This document shows positions 1 through 10,589 of a stretch of 64,000 bases of DNA, piece after piece. The stretch covers positions 1,922,001-1,986,000 of the forward strand of contig JASTWF010000037.1 of the NCBI GenBank assembly GCA_030390025.1, written 5' to 3'. The position numbers and the translations under genes are program-made. The number at the start of each line of letters is the position of its first letter. Position 1 is the first letter of the stretch. The notes under the pieces are model-generated. The model did not search any database, was not told the origin of the DNA, and was given only the letters and a program-made list of their open reading frames with translations. The stretch comes from Squalus acanthias. Taxonomy: Eukaryota.

Positions 1-342
1 GCCAAAAAATCGAGGAGCAGCCCCTTCAAATAGTGAAAGAGGGGCTGCAACCTCTCACATTCCATGTAAATATGGAACACGGACTCCTCTAGGCCGCAGA
101 AAAGGCAGGTGGCCTGGGAGTCCGTGAACCTGCTTAAAAGCTTATTGCACGGGACTGCTCTGTGCAACACCCTCCAGGCCAAGTCCCCAATAGATAAAGG
201 GAGGACTCCCGCGTAGAGAGCCCTCCATTGGGTCCACCGCCGGACGGCAAGATGGCACGCTAAGGCGTGTCCGGACGGCAGACGAAGATGACAAAGTGGA
301 GAGTGTGCAGGAGCAGCCCGTACAGGAAACCCCTCTGCGCAG
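1..342 (-). mobile_element. Tx1-type LINE ORF2 fragment (C-terminal zinc-binding region), degenerate
   Basis: Minus strand reads RGFLYGLLLHTLHF...RPDTP*RAILPSGGG, then after a frameshift WRALYAGVLPLSIGDLAWRVLHRAVPCNKLLSRFTDSQATCLFCGLEESVFHIYMEC. This is the CxxC...H...C zf-RVT signature of L1/Tx1 ORF2. Confidence 0.75.
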
Positions 343-793
343 AGCCCTCTGGACTCAACATAGAGTTCAACAATTTCAGATCATAACCTCGCCCCCTATC
401 ATATATATATATATATTTTTTATCCACACTTTTTGTTTGGCCTTTCTTTCTCCTCTCCCACATGGCAGCTGTCCTTCATTCTGTCAGCGCAATTCACACT
501 TCATCTAGAGCCATCCTTTGTTCCTTAACCTGTCCCATTACCACCTCCTCTTGCCTTGAATATCTCTTAATGTCTCTTAACCTCTCCTGCTTTCTATCCT
601 ATCACTGACCTTCCCTTTTGTTCTTTCATCCCCTCCCCCATTTCCCAGCCCCTAAACTTGCTTAAAAATCTGTTCCATTTCCTGCTTTTTTCCAGTTCTG
701 ACGAAAGGTCATCGACCTGAAACGTTAACTCTGTTTCTCTCTCCACGGATGCTGCCTGGACTGCTGAGTTTTTCCAGCGTTTTCTGTTGTTAT
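343..793 (+). mobile_element. Penelope-like element 3' fragment (ORF end plus 3' terminal region)
   Basis: Begins agccctctggactcaac (PSGLNIEFNNFRS*) and ends ctgttgttat. Colinear with the 3' end of the Penelope element at 33230-33650. Confidence 0.85.
694..730 (+). ncRNA. Minimal type I hammerhead ribozyme motif (Penelope-associated)
   Basis: AGTT-CTGACGA-A-AGGTC-ATC-GACCT-GAAA-CG-TT-AACT: stem I AGTT/AACT, core CUGANGA and GAAA, stem II AGGUC/GACCU, loopless palindromic stem III, GUU triplet. Confidence 0.75.
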
Positions 794-796
794 TCC

Positions 797-947
797 TTCT
801 CTTCCTCTCTCCCTCGTGTGTTTATCCAGCTTCCCCTTAAATGCATCTGTGCTATTCACCTCAACCACTCCCTGTGGTAGCGAGTTCCACATTCTCACCA
901 CTCTCTGGGTCATAAAAGTTCTTCCTGAATTCCCTGTTGGATTCATA
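797..947 (-). mobile_element. CR1 LINE 3' ORF2 fragment
   Basis: Minus strand [33 protein letters not shown] matches the CR1 C-terminus in the 869-aa ORF ([31 protein letters not shown]). Confidence 0.75.
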
Positions 948-1039
948 AATCTCTGGGAAAATAAAAATCTAAAATCACAATCTGAGCACAATATAGAAAA
1001 GTAAGGTTGGTATTTGAGCCAGAGTATGGACCATACTTG

Positions 1040-1165
1040 AAGGTGAAAACAATAGCAGGGCTGTGGAGAGCGAGCGGGGGAGGGGGACTCACTGGATCGC
1101 TCTTCGAAACAGCCGGCACAGACTCGATGGGCTGAATGGCCTCCTTCTGTGCTGCACTATTCTCG
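1040..1165 (+). mobile_element. CR1-group LINE 3' end fragment
   Basis: gatgggctgaatggcctccttctgtgctg resembles the CR1 3' terminal motif (gggccgaatggcctactcctgctcc) seen elsewhere in the window. Confidence 0.5.
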
Positions 1166-1262
1166 GATTTAAATAGTGTGGGAGCAGATCTCAATGGGAA
1201 GGAAGTTCAGCTTTAATTTGGAAACTCTCCTCTAATCCAATTATTGTTGCTATTTTGACATC

Positions 1263-1925
<663 letters not shown>

Positions 1926-2019
1926 GGGTAATCTCTGGGTGAAAAGCTTCCTGGAGATTAACCAATGAGTGAGATTGTTGGATGGAATTGATGTCATGAG
2001 GTTAGTCTCCTGGTTTAGT

Positions 2020-2075
2020 TTGGCCACATCTGGTCCAATTGGTTCCAGGTGACTGCAGGCTGTGTGTATAAAAGG
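2020..2075 (+). promoter_or_regulatory. Type A ZP3 proximal promoter (E-box, CCAAT dyad, E-box, TATA)
   Basis: CATCTG 2027-2032, CCAATTGG 2035-2042, CAGGTG 2046-2051, TATAAAA 2067-2073. The TATA box starts 59 nt before the ATG, and the block is conserved upstream of gene 3. Confidence 0.7.
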
Positions 2076-2125
2076 GCAGCAGTGGCTCCAGCACAGGTCA
2101 CAGTAGAGCTGCATTAGTTAGTATT

Positions 2126-5100
2126 ATGGGGCAACTGGTGAAGGGTTTGGTTCCTCTGTTGGTTTTGGTTGGAGCTGTTTGTTGCTCTGATACTCGGCAG
2201 CAGTTCAGACCCTGGGACTTCCCATGGAGCATCGAGAAGGCCACTCGTGTCCCTCCTGGGTCTCCCTTTGGCTCCGGTTTCAGTGTGTCTGAGGGGCGCA
2301 GTGTGTCTCCACTGCAGACTGTGATGGTGCAGTGTGGAGAGCACAACCTGCTGGTCAGGGTAAACATGGATTTATTTGGAACCAGGCACCTGATTAAAGC
2401 TGCTGACCTGACCTTGGGGATGGCAGGTTGTCGGCCAACCGGGATCTACTCTCAGAACCACACCGTCCTCTTTGACTATGGGCTCCATGAGTGTGGCAGC
2501 ACAGTGAAGGTAATGTGATTCCTCAACTCTTGCTCTAACCTTGGTGTCTGGATTAGACACAACTCTTTATTCCTACCCTTGGTGAAATGTCATTGATGTT
2601 GAGGAGATTCCTGTCTCAAAAAGGAACCTCAAAAGTGCTTTGGAATTATGCGTTGTCCTTTGCTTTAACTGGTCTTCCTGAGTCTCTCCAACCTTGTGAT
2701 CTCAGCCCTATTGGCCTTGAGCCTTGACTTGGTTCTTCCAAACTTTTCCTTCCATACATCCTGTCTTGTGGATTTTCAGGTCACTGGGGATTCAGTTTAA
2801 TAGTTCAGTTATTTACAATATTCAGTTTCATTTCCTGCTCTCCTTGTATCAGAATACAGGGGAGCCTGGATTAAATGAAGCTTAAATCTGGTGTTCTAGT
2901 CATTGCTCCAAATTATTAGCAACCTGTGGCTCCTTTATTGAAGTGAAGCTGTCCTTTCATTTAGTCTTTTATTCTGTTTGATTGTCTTGTGCTTGCAATC
3001 CTCCTCCTTGCATTAGCTGCTGAGGCTGCACAACTTCCAACCACCTGAGTAGAATGTTCTCCATTTCTGAACCTGATGTCTTTCAGATGTCTGGAGATTT
3101 CCTGGTCTACGCCACCCACCTGAACCACACCCCCAAGGCCCATGGATCTGTCATTGTGAGAACTAATGGAGCTGTCGTTTCCATTGAGTGCCACTATTTT
3201 AGGTAAGGTTCTTTACACTGTTGCAAATAACGTCTACAGCTGGTGCAGTTCTCTGAGCTTGTCCTAAAATGGCTCCATTGTCTTTCCAGGAAGGGCAATG
3301 TGAGCAGTAACCTGATCAAGCCCACCTGGATCCCGTTCAGCTCCACCAAGGCTGGAGAGGGGTTTCTGTCATTCTCTCTGCGTCTAATGACTGGTATGTG
3401 ATGGGTGGATGGGGAGTGATTTCCTGTAGTCACCCACTCGGAGTTGTACCCACTGTCTCCAACCCTTGTCCCTCTTGTACTTCAGATGACTGGCTCACAG
3501 AGCGTACCTCGACTGTCTACTACCTGGGTGACCTCATTCACATTGAGGCCTCTGTTTCAATGACCAACCACATGCCCCTGAAGCTCTACATTGACCGCTG
3601 TGTCGCTACCTTGAGCCCAGACAAGGACTCCACCCCGAGATACAGCATCATTGACTACAATGGGTAAGGAGCGCTCTGCTTTCTCCAGCTGGTCCCGTCT
3701 CTGTGACTTCTCTTGATTCACTCCATGTCCCTTTTTAATTATTCCTTCAGTTGCCTCCTGGACAGCAAAGCTGAGGACTCCTTCTCAACCTTCGTGTTGC
3801 CAAGAGACAAGCGTGAGCTGGACAAGCTCCACTTTGACCTGGATGCGTTCCGCTTCTTTGGAGATGACCGTTCCTTGGTAAGAGGAAGCTGACCATTGCA
3901 AAGTATTTACAGGCCATTCGGCCCAACTGGTCTATGCTGATGTTTATGCTCCACACGAGCGTTCTTGACCCATCTTCATCCAACCCCCATCACCATCTCC
4001 TTCGAGTCCTTTCTGTATGTTTTTGTCTAGCTTCTGCTTAAGTGCATCTGTGCTATTTGCTTCAACCACTCCATGTGGTAGCGAGTTCCACATTCATAGA
4101 AACATAGAAGATAGGAGCAGGAGTAGGCCATTCGGCCCCTCGAGCCTGCTCCGCCATTCGATGAGATCATGGCTGATCATCTAAACTCAGTACCCTGTAC
4201 CTGCCTTCTCCCCATATCCCTTGATACCTTTAGCTTTAAGAAATATATCTAACTCATCCTTGAATATATTTAATGACTTCGCCTCAACTACCTTCTGTGG
4301 TAGAGAATTCCACAGGTTCACCACTCTCTGGGTGAAGAAATTCTTCCTCATTTCTGTCCTAAATGGTTTACCCGTTATCCGTAGATTATGACCCCTGGTT
4401 CTGGACTCTCCGACCATCGGGAACATTCTTCCTGCATCTAGTTTGTCCAGACCTGTCAGAATTTTATATGTTTCGATGAGATCCCCTCTCATTCTTCTAA
4501 ACTCCAGTGAGTATAAGCCCAATCGACCCAATCTCTCCTCATATGTCATTCCTGCCATCCCAGGTATCAGCCTTGTGAATCTTCGCTGAACTCCTTCCAT
4601 GGCAAGAACATCCTTCCTCAGATAAGGCGACCAAAACTGCACACAGTACTCAAGGTGTGGTCTCACCAAGGCCCTGTACAACTGCAGCAGGACATCCCTG
4701 TTCCTATACTCAAACCCTTTCGCTATGAAGGCCAACATACCATTTGCCTTCTTCACCGCCTGCTGCACCTGCATGCTTACTTTCAGCGACTGGTGCACAA
4801 GGACACCCAGGTCTCGTTGCACTTCCCCTTCTCCCAATCTATTGCCATTCAGATAATAGTCTGCCTTTCTGCTTTTGACACCAAAGTGGATAACCTCGCA
4901 CTTATCCACGTTATATTGCATCTGCCACGCTTCTGCCCACTCACCCAACCTGTCCAGATCATCCTGGAGTTTCTCGCTATTCTCCTCGCTGCACACACTC
5001 CCACCCAGCTTTGTGTCATCTGCAAACTTGGAGATATTACATTTAGTTCCCTTATCTAGATCATTAATGTATATTGTGAATAGCTGGGGTCCAAGGACCG

Positions 5101-8100
5101 ATCCCTGCGGTACCCCACTAGTCACTGCTTGCCACTCGGAAAAAGACCCATTAATTCCTACTCTCTGCTTTCTGTCCGCCAACCAGTTCTCTATCCAAGT
5201 CAATACCTTGCCCCCAATCCCATGTGCCTTAACTTTACCCGCTAATCTCTTATGCGGGACCTTATCGAAAGCCTTTTGAAAGTCCAAATACACCACATCT
5301 ACTGGTTCTCCCTTATCTATTTTCCCAGTTACATCCTCAAAAAATTCCAGTAGATTAGTCAAGCACGATTTACCTTTTGTAAATCCATGTTGACTTTGTC
5401 CGATCCTGTCACTGTTTTTCAAATGCTCAGCTATTACATCCTTTATAATGGACTCTAGCATTTTCCCCACTACCGATGTCAGGCTTACCGGTCTGTAATT
5501 CCCCGCTTTCTCTCTACCACCCTTTTTGAATAGTGGGGTAACATTAGCTACCCTCCAATCCATGGGTACAGTTCCAGATTCCATCGAATGTTGGAAGATG
5601 ATCAGCAATGCATCTACTATTTCTAGGGCCACTTCCTTAAGTACCCTAGGATGTAGATTATCAGGCCCTGGGGATTTATCGGCCTTCAATACCGTCAATT
5701 TCCCTAACACCATTTCCCTGCAAATACTGATTTCTTTCAGTTCCTCCCTTTCATCAGACCGTATGTTCTCCAACATCTCTGGGAGGTTATTTGTGTCCTC
5801 CTTTGTGAAGACAGAACCAAAATATGCATTTAATTGGGCTGCCATTTCTTTGTTCCCCATTATAACTTCCCCCGCTTCTGACTGCAAGGGACCTACACTT
5901 GATTTCACTAATCTTTTTCTCTTCACATATCTATAAAAGCTCTTACAGTCAGTTTTTATGTTCCCAGCAAGCTTACTTTCATATTCTATTTTCCCCTTCT
6001 TAATTAATCCCTTTGTCCTCCTTTGTTGAATCCTAAACTGCTCCCAATCCTCAGGGCTACCGCTTTTTCTGGCCAATTTATATGCCCTCTCCTTGGATCT
6101 TATGCTATCCCTAATTTCCCTTGTTAGCCACGGTTGAGTCACCCTTTTTGTTTTATTCTTATGCCACACTGGGATGTACAAATTCTGTAGTTCATCCATG
6201 CAGTCTTTGAATGTTTGCCATTGCCTATCCACCGTCAACCCCTCGAGTGACATTCCCCAATCAATCCTACCCAATTCGCGCCTCATACCATCGTAGTTTC
6301 CTTTATTTAAATTCAGGACCCTAGTCTCTGATTCAACTACTTCACTCTCCATCCTAATGAAGAATTCGATCATATTATGATCACTCTGACCCAAGGGGCC
6401 TCGTACAACAAGATTGCTAATTAATCCTTTCTCGTTGCATAATACCCAGTCTAAGATGGCCTGATCTCTGGTTGGTTCCTCGACATATTGTTCCAGAAAA
6501 CCATCTCGTAAACATTCTAGGAATTCCTCCTCCACAGTATTTTTACTAATTTGGTTAGCCCAATCTATATGTAAATTAAAGTCACCCATGATGACTGCTG
6601 TGCCCTTACTGCATGCTTCTCTAATTTCCCTTTTAATGCCGTCCCCAACCTCCGTATTACTGTTTGGAGGTCTATATACCACTCCCACTAACGTTTTCTG
6701 CCCCTTGTTATTTCTCAGTTCTACCCATACAGATTCCGCATCATCAGAGCTAATATCCTTCCTTTCAATTGTGTTAATCCCCTCTTTAACCAGCAATGCT
6801 ACCCCACCTCCCTTTCTTTTTTGCCTATCTTTCCTAAATATTGAATAACCCTGGATGTTGAGTTCCTAGCCACTCTCTGGGTGAAGATTTTTCTCCTGAA
6901 TTCCTTATTGGATTCATTAGTTATACCTTGTATTTATGGCCCCTAGTTCTGTCCTCTCCCACCAATGGAAACATCTGTCTATTCTATCAAACCTTTTCAT
7001 AATTTTAAACATCAGGTCACCCCTCAGTCTTTTTTCTAGAGAAGATCCCCCAGCCTGTTCAATCTTTCCTGATGGGTATAACCTCCTGGGTTTGCTATCA
7101 TTCTATTAAAGCATTTTTCACTTTCTCTATATCCTTGTATGGAGACCAGAACTATTCACAATACACAGTGTGATCTAACCAGGGTTCTATACAAGTTGAA
7201 CAGAACTTCTCTGCTTTTCAATTCTATCCCTTGAGAAATGAACCCGTACTTTATTTTATTTATGGCCGCCTTAACCTGTGTCGCTTCCTTTGGTGGTCTA
7301 CGTATCTGTACCCAAAGATCCCTCAGTTTCGCTTCCCCTTTTTATTTTCCAAGGAGTATGTGGCCTCTTTATGCTTCCCACCAAAATTTGACTTCACACT
7401 TGCCTATACTGGAAGTTCATATGCCAATTACAAGCCCATACTGCAGGTTTATTAATGTCCAGCTGTATTTTTGTTGCCGTTTGACTCTAACTACAACTGC
7501 CGCCCCCCCCAATTTGGTGTCACCTGCAAATTTTGAAATTGTACTTTGGATTCCCGAGTCTAAATTGTTTGTGTAAATGGTGAACAACAGTGGTCCCAGC
7601 ACAGATCACTGGAACCCCCACTTCCCACCATTTACCAATCTGGGTAACTACCTTTAACCCCCACTCACTGTTCTGATTTATAACCAGCTTGTGATCCATC
7701 CTGTTCCTTGTCCACCCTGACACCACATGGTCATTGAGTTCCCAAGTTGGGAGGGAGACACTGAATAACAGCTTGTGTTGAATGTGTCCCTCAGATTTTC
7801 ATCACCTGTCACCTGAAGGTTGCTGCAGTGGATCGGAGAGATTCCATGAGCAAAGCTTGTACTTTCCAGAAGATGCAGAATGTGTAAGTTCCCCCTCTCT
7901 CCCTCAGGGATGTGTTGTGTGGAGAAGTGATGCCCAACCTGATTGTTAAACTGATTCTCTTGTTTAGCTGGGCCTCATTGGAAGTATCCAACAATGACGT
8001 TTGCGCTTGTTGTCATTTGGGCAACTGCGGTGCCACAAGGGAGTTCCGATTTGATTCCAGAGGAAGGAGGGATCTTGTACCTGGAGCTGGTAGGACATTG

Positions 8101-8489
8101 ATCCTCTAGATGTTGGAGGTTGCCCTTTACCCTCTCTAACTGGAATGTTTGATATTGCAGGGAGCGATGCTGAATTGAAGTGGGAGGGTGAGGCCTCACT
8201 TGGACCCCTGGTCATTCTGGACACTGATGTGACAGACCTGGCAACTGAGTCCCTTAATGAGGTTGAGCAACGGATGCAGGAGAGGTCTCCAGGTGGTGAG
8301 TTGGCCGACTGCTAGTTTCCATTTCCCCCTCAGTATTTCCTTCACTCACTGGTTTCTCATTGCTTTTTAGGTGTGGAGTCTGAGGTGGTCCTGATGGTGG
8401 CCCTGACTGTGACAGCTGTCTCTCTGATCTCTGCTTCTTTGATCGCCTTGTTCCTGTACAGGAAACACAAGCCAACCCAGTGCAACTAG
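2126..8489 (+). CDS. ZP3: Zona pellucida sperm-binding protein 3-like, copy 1 (type A N-terminus), 457 aa
   Basis: Exons 2126-2509, 3087-3202, 3290-3393, 3486-3663, 3751-3877, 7795-7883, 7968-8089, 8161-8295, 8371-8489; all GT-AG, total 1374 nt in frame. Signal peptide, VQC..DLFGT..L.ECG (ZP-N), NVSS..IKPTW, FSLRLM (IHP), [13 protein letters not shown] furin site, LGPLVI (EHP), TM. AATAAA at 8503. Confidence 0.93.
4096..6866 (-). mobile_element. CR1 LINE, 5'-truncated, inserted in intron 5 of ZP3 copy 1
   Basis: Tail (TTTCTATG)-like at 4096-4110. The insertion splits the site cacattc|tagccact, which is empty in copy 2 (about 17102-17116). Confidence 0.95.
4187..6865 (-). CDS. CR1 ORF2 (partial APE endonuclease plus reverse transcriptase), open but lacking its N-terminus
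   Basis: 869-aa ORF extends upstream to the truncation ([28 protein letters not shown]). Motifs: [46 protein letters not shown]. Confidence 0.9.
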   Translation of the reverse strand, partial: ELNIQGYSIFRKDRQKRKGGGVALLVKEGINTIERKDISSDDAESVWVELRNNKGQKTLVGVVYRPPNSNTEVGDGIKREIREACSKGTAVIMGDFNLHIDWANQISKNTVEEEFLECLRDGFLEQYVEEPTRDQAILDWVLCNEKGLISNLVVRGPLGQSDHNMIEFFIRMESEVVESETRVLNLNKGNYDGMRRELGRIDWGMSLEGLTVDRQWQTFKDCMDELQNLYIPVWHKNKTKRVTQPWLTREIRDSIRSKERAYKLARKSGSPEDWEQFRIQQRRTKGLIKKGKIEYESKLAGNIKTDCKSFYRYVKRKRLVKSSVGPLQSEAGEVIMGNKEMAAQLNAYFGSVFTKEDTNNLPEMLENIRSDEREELKEISICREMVLGKLTVLKADKSPGPDNLHPRVLKEVALEIVDALLIIFQHSMESGTVPMDWRVANVTPLFKKGGREKAGNYRPVSLTSVVGKMLESIIKDVIAEHLKNSDRIGQSQHGFTKGKSCLTNLLEFFEDVTGKIDKGEPVDVVYLDFQKAFDKVPHKRLAGKVKAHGIGGKVLTWIENWLADRKQRVGINGSFSEWQAVTSGVPQGSVLGPQLFTIYINDLDKGTKCNISKFADDTKLGGSVCSEENSEKLQDDLDRLGEWAEAWQMQYNVDKCEVIHFGVKSRKADYYLNGNRLGEGEVQRDLGVLVHQSLKVSMQVQQAVKKANGMLAFIAKGFEYRNRDVLLQLYRALVRPHLEYCVQFWSPYLRKDVLAMEGVQRRFTRLIPGMAGMTYEERLGRLGLYSLEFRRMRGDLIETYKILTGLDKLDAGRMFPMVGESRTRGHNLRITGKPFRTEMRKNFFTQRVVNLWNSLPQKVVEAKSLNIFKDELDIFLKAKGIKGYGEKAGTGY
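6867..7630 (-). mobile_element. Old degenerate CR1 remnant forming most of intron 5 (homologous remnants in all six copies)
   Basis: Minus-strand remnant [32 protein letters not shown] (RT motif region), with frameshifts. Also at about 16930-17880, 26500-27450, 38950-39930, 50615-51580 and 60390-61350. Confidence 0.75.
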
Positions 8490-9104
8490 TTATTGAATGA
8501 TCAATAAAGCAGTGACTCCTTGTATCTTATGTCTCGTTGCTCATTTGTCACAATGTCTGTCCCAGAGCCCACAGAAAAATGAGATGGGTTTTAATTGGAC
8601 AATGTTGCTCGTGGTTATAATGGCTTATCCAGGCACAGAATTTGGATGGCTGGTGATTACAGCAACTGTACAGCCCTCATTGTGCAGGTCAATGATCTCT
8701 GAATGGACAGAGGGACTGGTGCATGCTGGGCTCAAGCATCTCATTGGCTCCTTTGTTCTGGCAGCTTTCTCTAGTAGAAGCACCGACACTTTGCATGGTG
8801 CGATCATGTGTCTGTTCCACTGGCTCCAGTATCTGGCTTTTCATATTGCTGTGGTTCGTGTTTACTTAACTCGTCCTGTGGTGTGACTGGGGTGACGGTG
8901 CCAATGGGAGCTGGCACTGTTCAGAGCCCTAATAGACAGTTAAGTCGTTGGCTGCATCTTCCCCTGGGTGAAGGGTAGGACCTCACCTTTGCTGGGAACC
9001 AAATGATGGCAGAGATTAGAATATTGAACAAGTTGGCAGAGGGTCGGGTTTTGATGAAGTTGGTATCTTCTCTTACTGAAGGAGCCTCTAATTGGGAACT
9101 CTTA

Positions 9105-9510
9105 ACCTCTCCTTGCCCAGCCCCACCTTGAACTGGGGAGGTGACCATCTCCTGCACTGAGCTTTTACTAAACCTCTCCTTGCCCAGCCCCACCTTGAAC
9201 TGGGGAGGTGACCATCTCCTGCACTGAGCTTTTACTAAACCTCTCCTTGCCCAGCCCCACCTTGAACTGGGGAGGTGACCATCTCCTGCCCTGAGCTTTT
9301 ACTAAACCTCTCCTTGCCCAGCCCCACCGTGAACTGGGGAGGTGACCATCTCCTGCCCTGAGCTTTTACTAAACCTCTCCTTGCCCAGCCCCACCGTGAA
9401 CTGGGGAGGTGACCATCTCCTGCCCTGAGCTTTTACTAAACCTCTCCTTGCCCAGTCCCACCTTGAACTGGGGAGGTGACCATCTCCTGCCCTGAGCTTT
9501 TACTAAACCT
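9105..9510. repeat. 67-bp minisatellite downstream of ZP3 (6 units)
   Basis: Unit aacctctccttgcccagccccaccttgaactggggaggtgaccatctcctgccctgagcttttacta, starting at 9105, 9172, 9239, 9306, 9373, 9440. Confidence 0.95.
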
Positions 9511-9799
9511 TCTGCTCCTGTCTCGATTGGAATGAGCTTACGGTGGGCTCCTTTTTTAAATGTAGGCTCCAGTGTCAGTGGTCTCTATTGGGTCTTCAGT
9601 GCTCCAAATGAGTCACTCACCCTGGAACAGTCGCAAGAAGCTGAAGGGTGAGTTCCACAAGGAATCTTGTACAGACTAAATGGAGCCCTGAATATAGTCT
9701 CCCAATGTAGGAAGACAAAGGATTCGAGTGGAAATGCAGTGAAACATGGGCTTCTTCTAACTTGAGTGGCAGGTTCACTGGGAGGGGAGCCTCGACGAT

Positions 9800-10570
9800 A
9801 TAAGAAATAGGAGCAGAAGTGGGGCAATTGGCCCTTCGAGCCCGCTCCGTCATTCAATAAGATCATGGCTGATCTTCTATCTCATCTCCACTTTCCTGAA
9901 CTATTCCCCATATCTCTTAATTCCCTTAATATTCAAAGATCTATCGATCTCTGTCTTCAATATATTCAACGATTGAGCCTCTGGGCTAGAGAATTCCAAA
10001 GTTTCACCACCCTCAGAAGAAATTTCTCCCCATCTCAGTCCTAAATGGCCGACCCCTTATCCTGAGACTGTGACCCCTGGTTCTAGACTCCCCAGCCAGG
10101 GGCAACATCCTCCCTGTCAAGCCCTGCAAGAATTTGTTTCTTTCAATGCGATCACATCTCATTCTTCTAAACTTGAGAATATAGGCCTAGTCTACTCAAT
10201 CTTTCCTCATAGGACAATCCCCCCATCCCAGGAATCAGTCTGGTGAACCTTCATTGCACTCCCTCTATGGCAAGTATATCCTTCCTTAGGTAAGGAGACC
10301 AAAACTGTACACAATACTCCAGGTGTGGTCTCAACAGGGCCTTATATAATTGCAGTAAGACGTCTTTACTCTTATACTCAAATCCTCTTGTAATAAAGAC
10401 CAACATACCATTTTCTTTCCTAATTGCTTGCTGTACCTACATGTTAATGTTCAGTGATTCGTGTACAAAGGCACCCAGGTCCTTCTGAACACCAACATTT
10501 CCCGATCTCTCAGCATTTAAAAAAATATTTTGGTTTTCTATTATTCCTACCAAAGCGGATAACTTCACAT
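9800..10570 (-). mobile_element. CR1 3' fragment in the repeated spacer
   Basis: taagaaataggagcagaag tail, with an [24 protein letters not shown] remnant on the minus strand. Paralogs at about 29430-30220, 41845-42620, 53490-54080 and 63470-64000. Confidence 0.85.
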
Positions 10571-10589
10571 GAACAATTGGTGTCAGTAG

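Noticed and set aside
4655-6848. Several plus-strand ORFs of 86-136 aa
   Set aside because: They are antisense shadows of CR1 ORF2.
8497-8886. 129-aa ORF repeated downstream of genes 1, 4, 5 and 6
   Set aside because: It starts over the ZP3 poly(A) signal, has no recognisable domain and is disrupted in copy 3. Recent duplication explains its recurrence.
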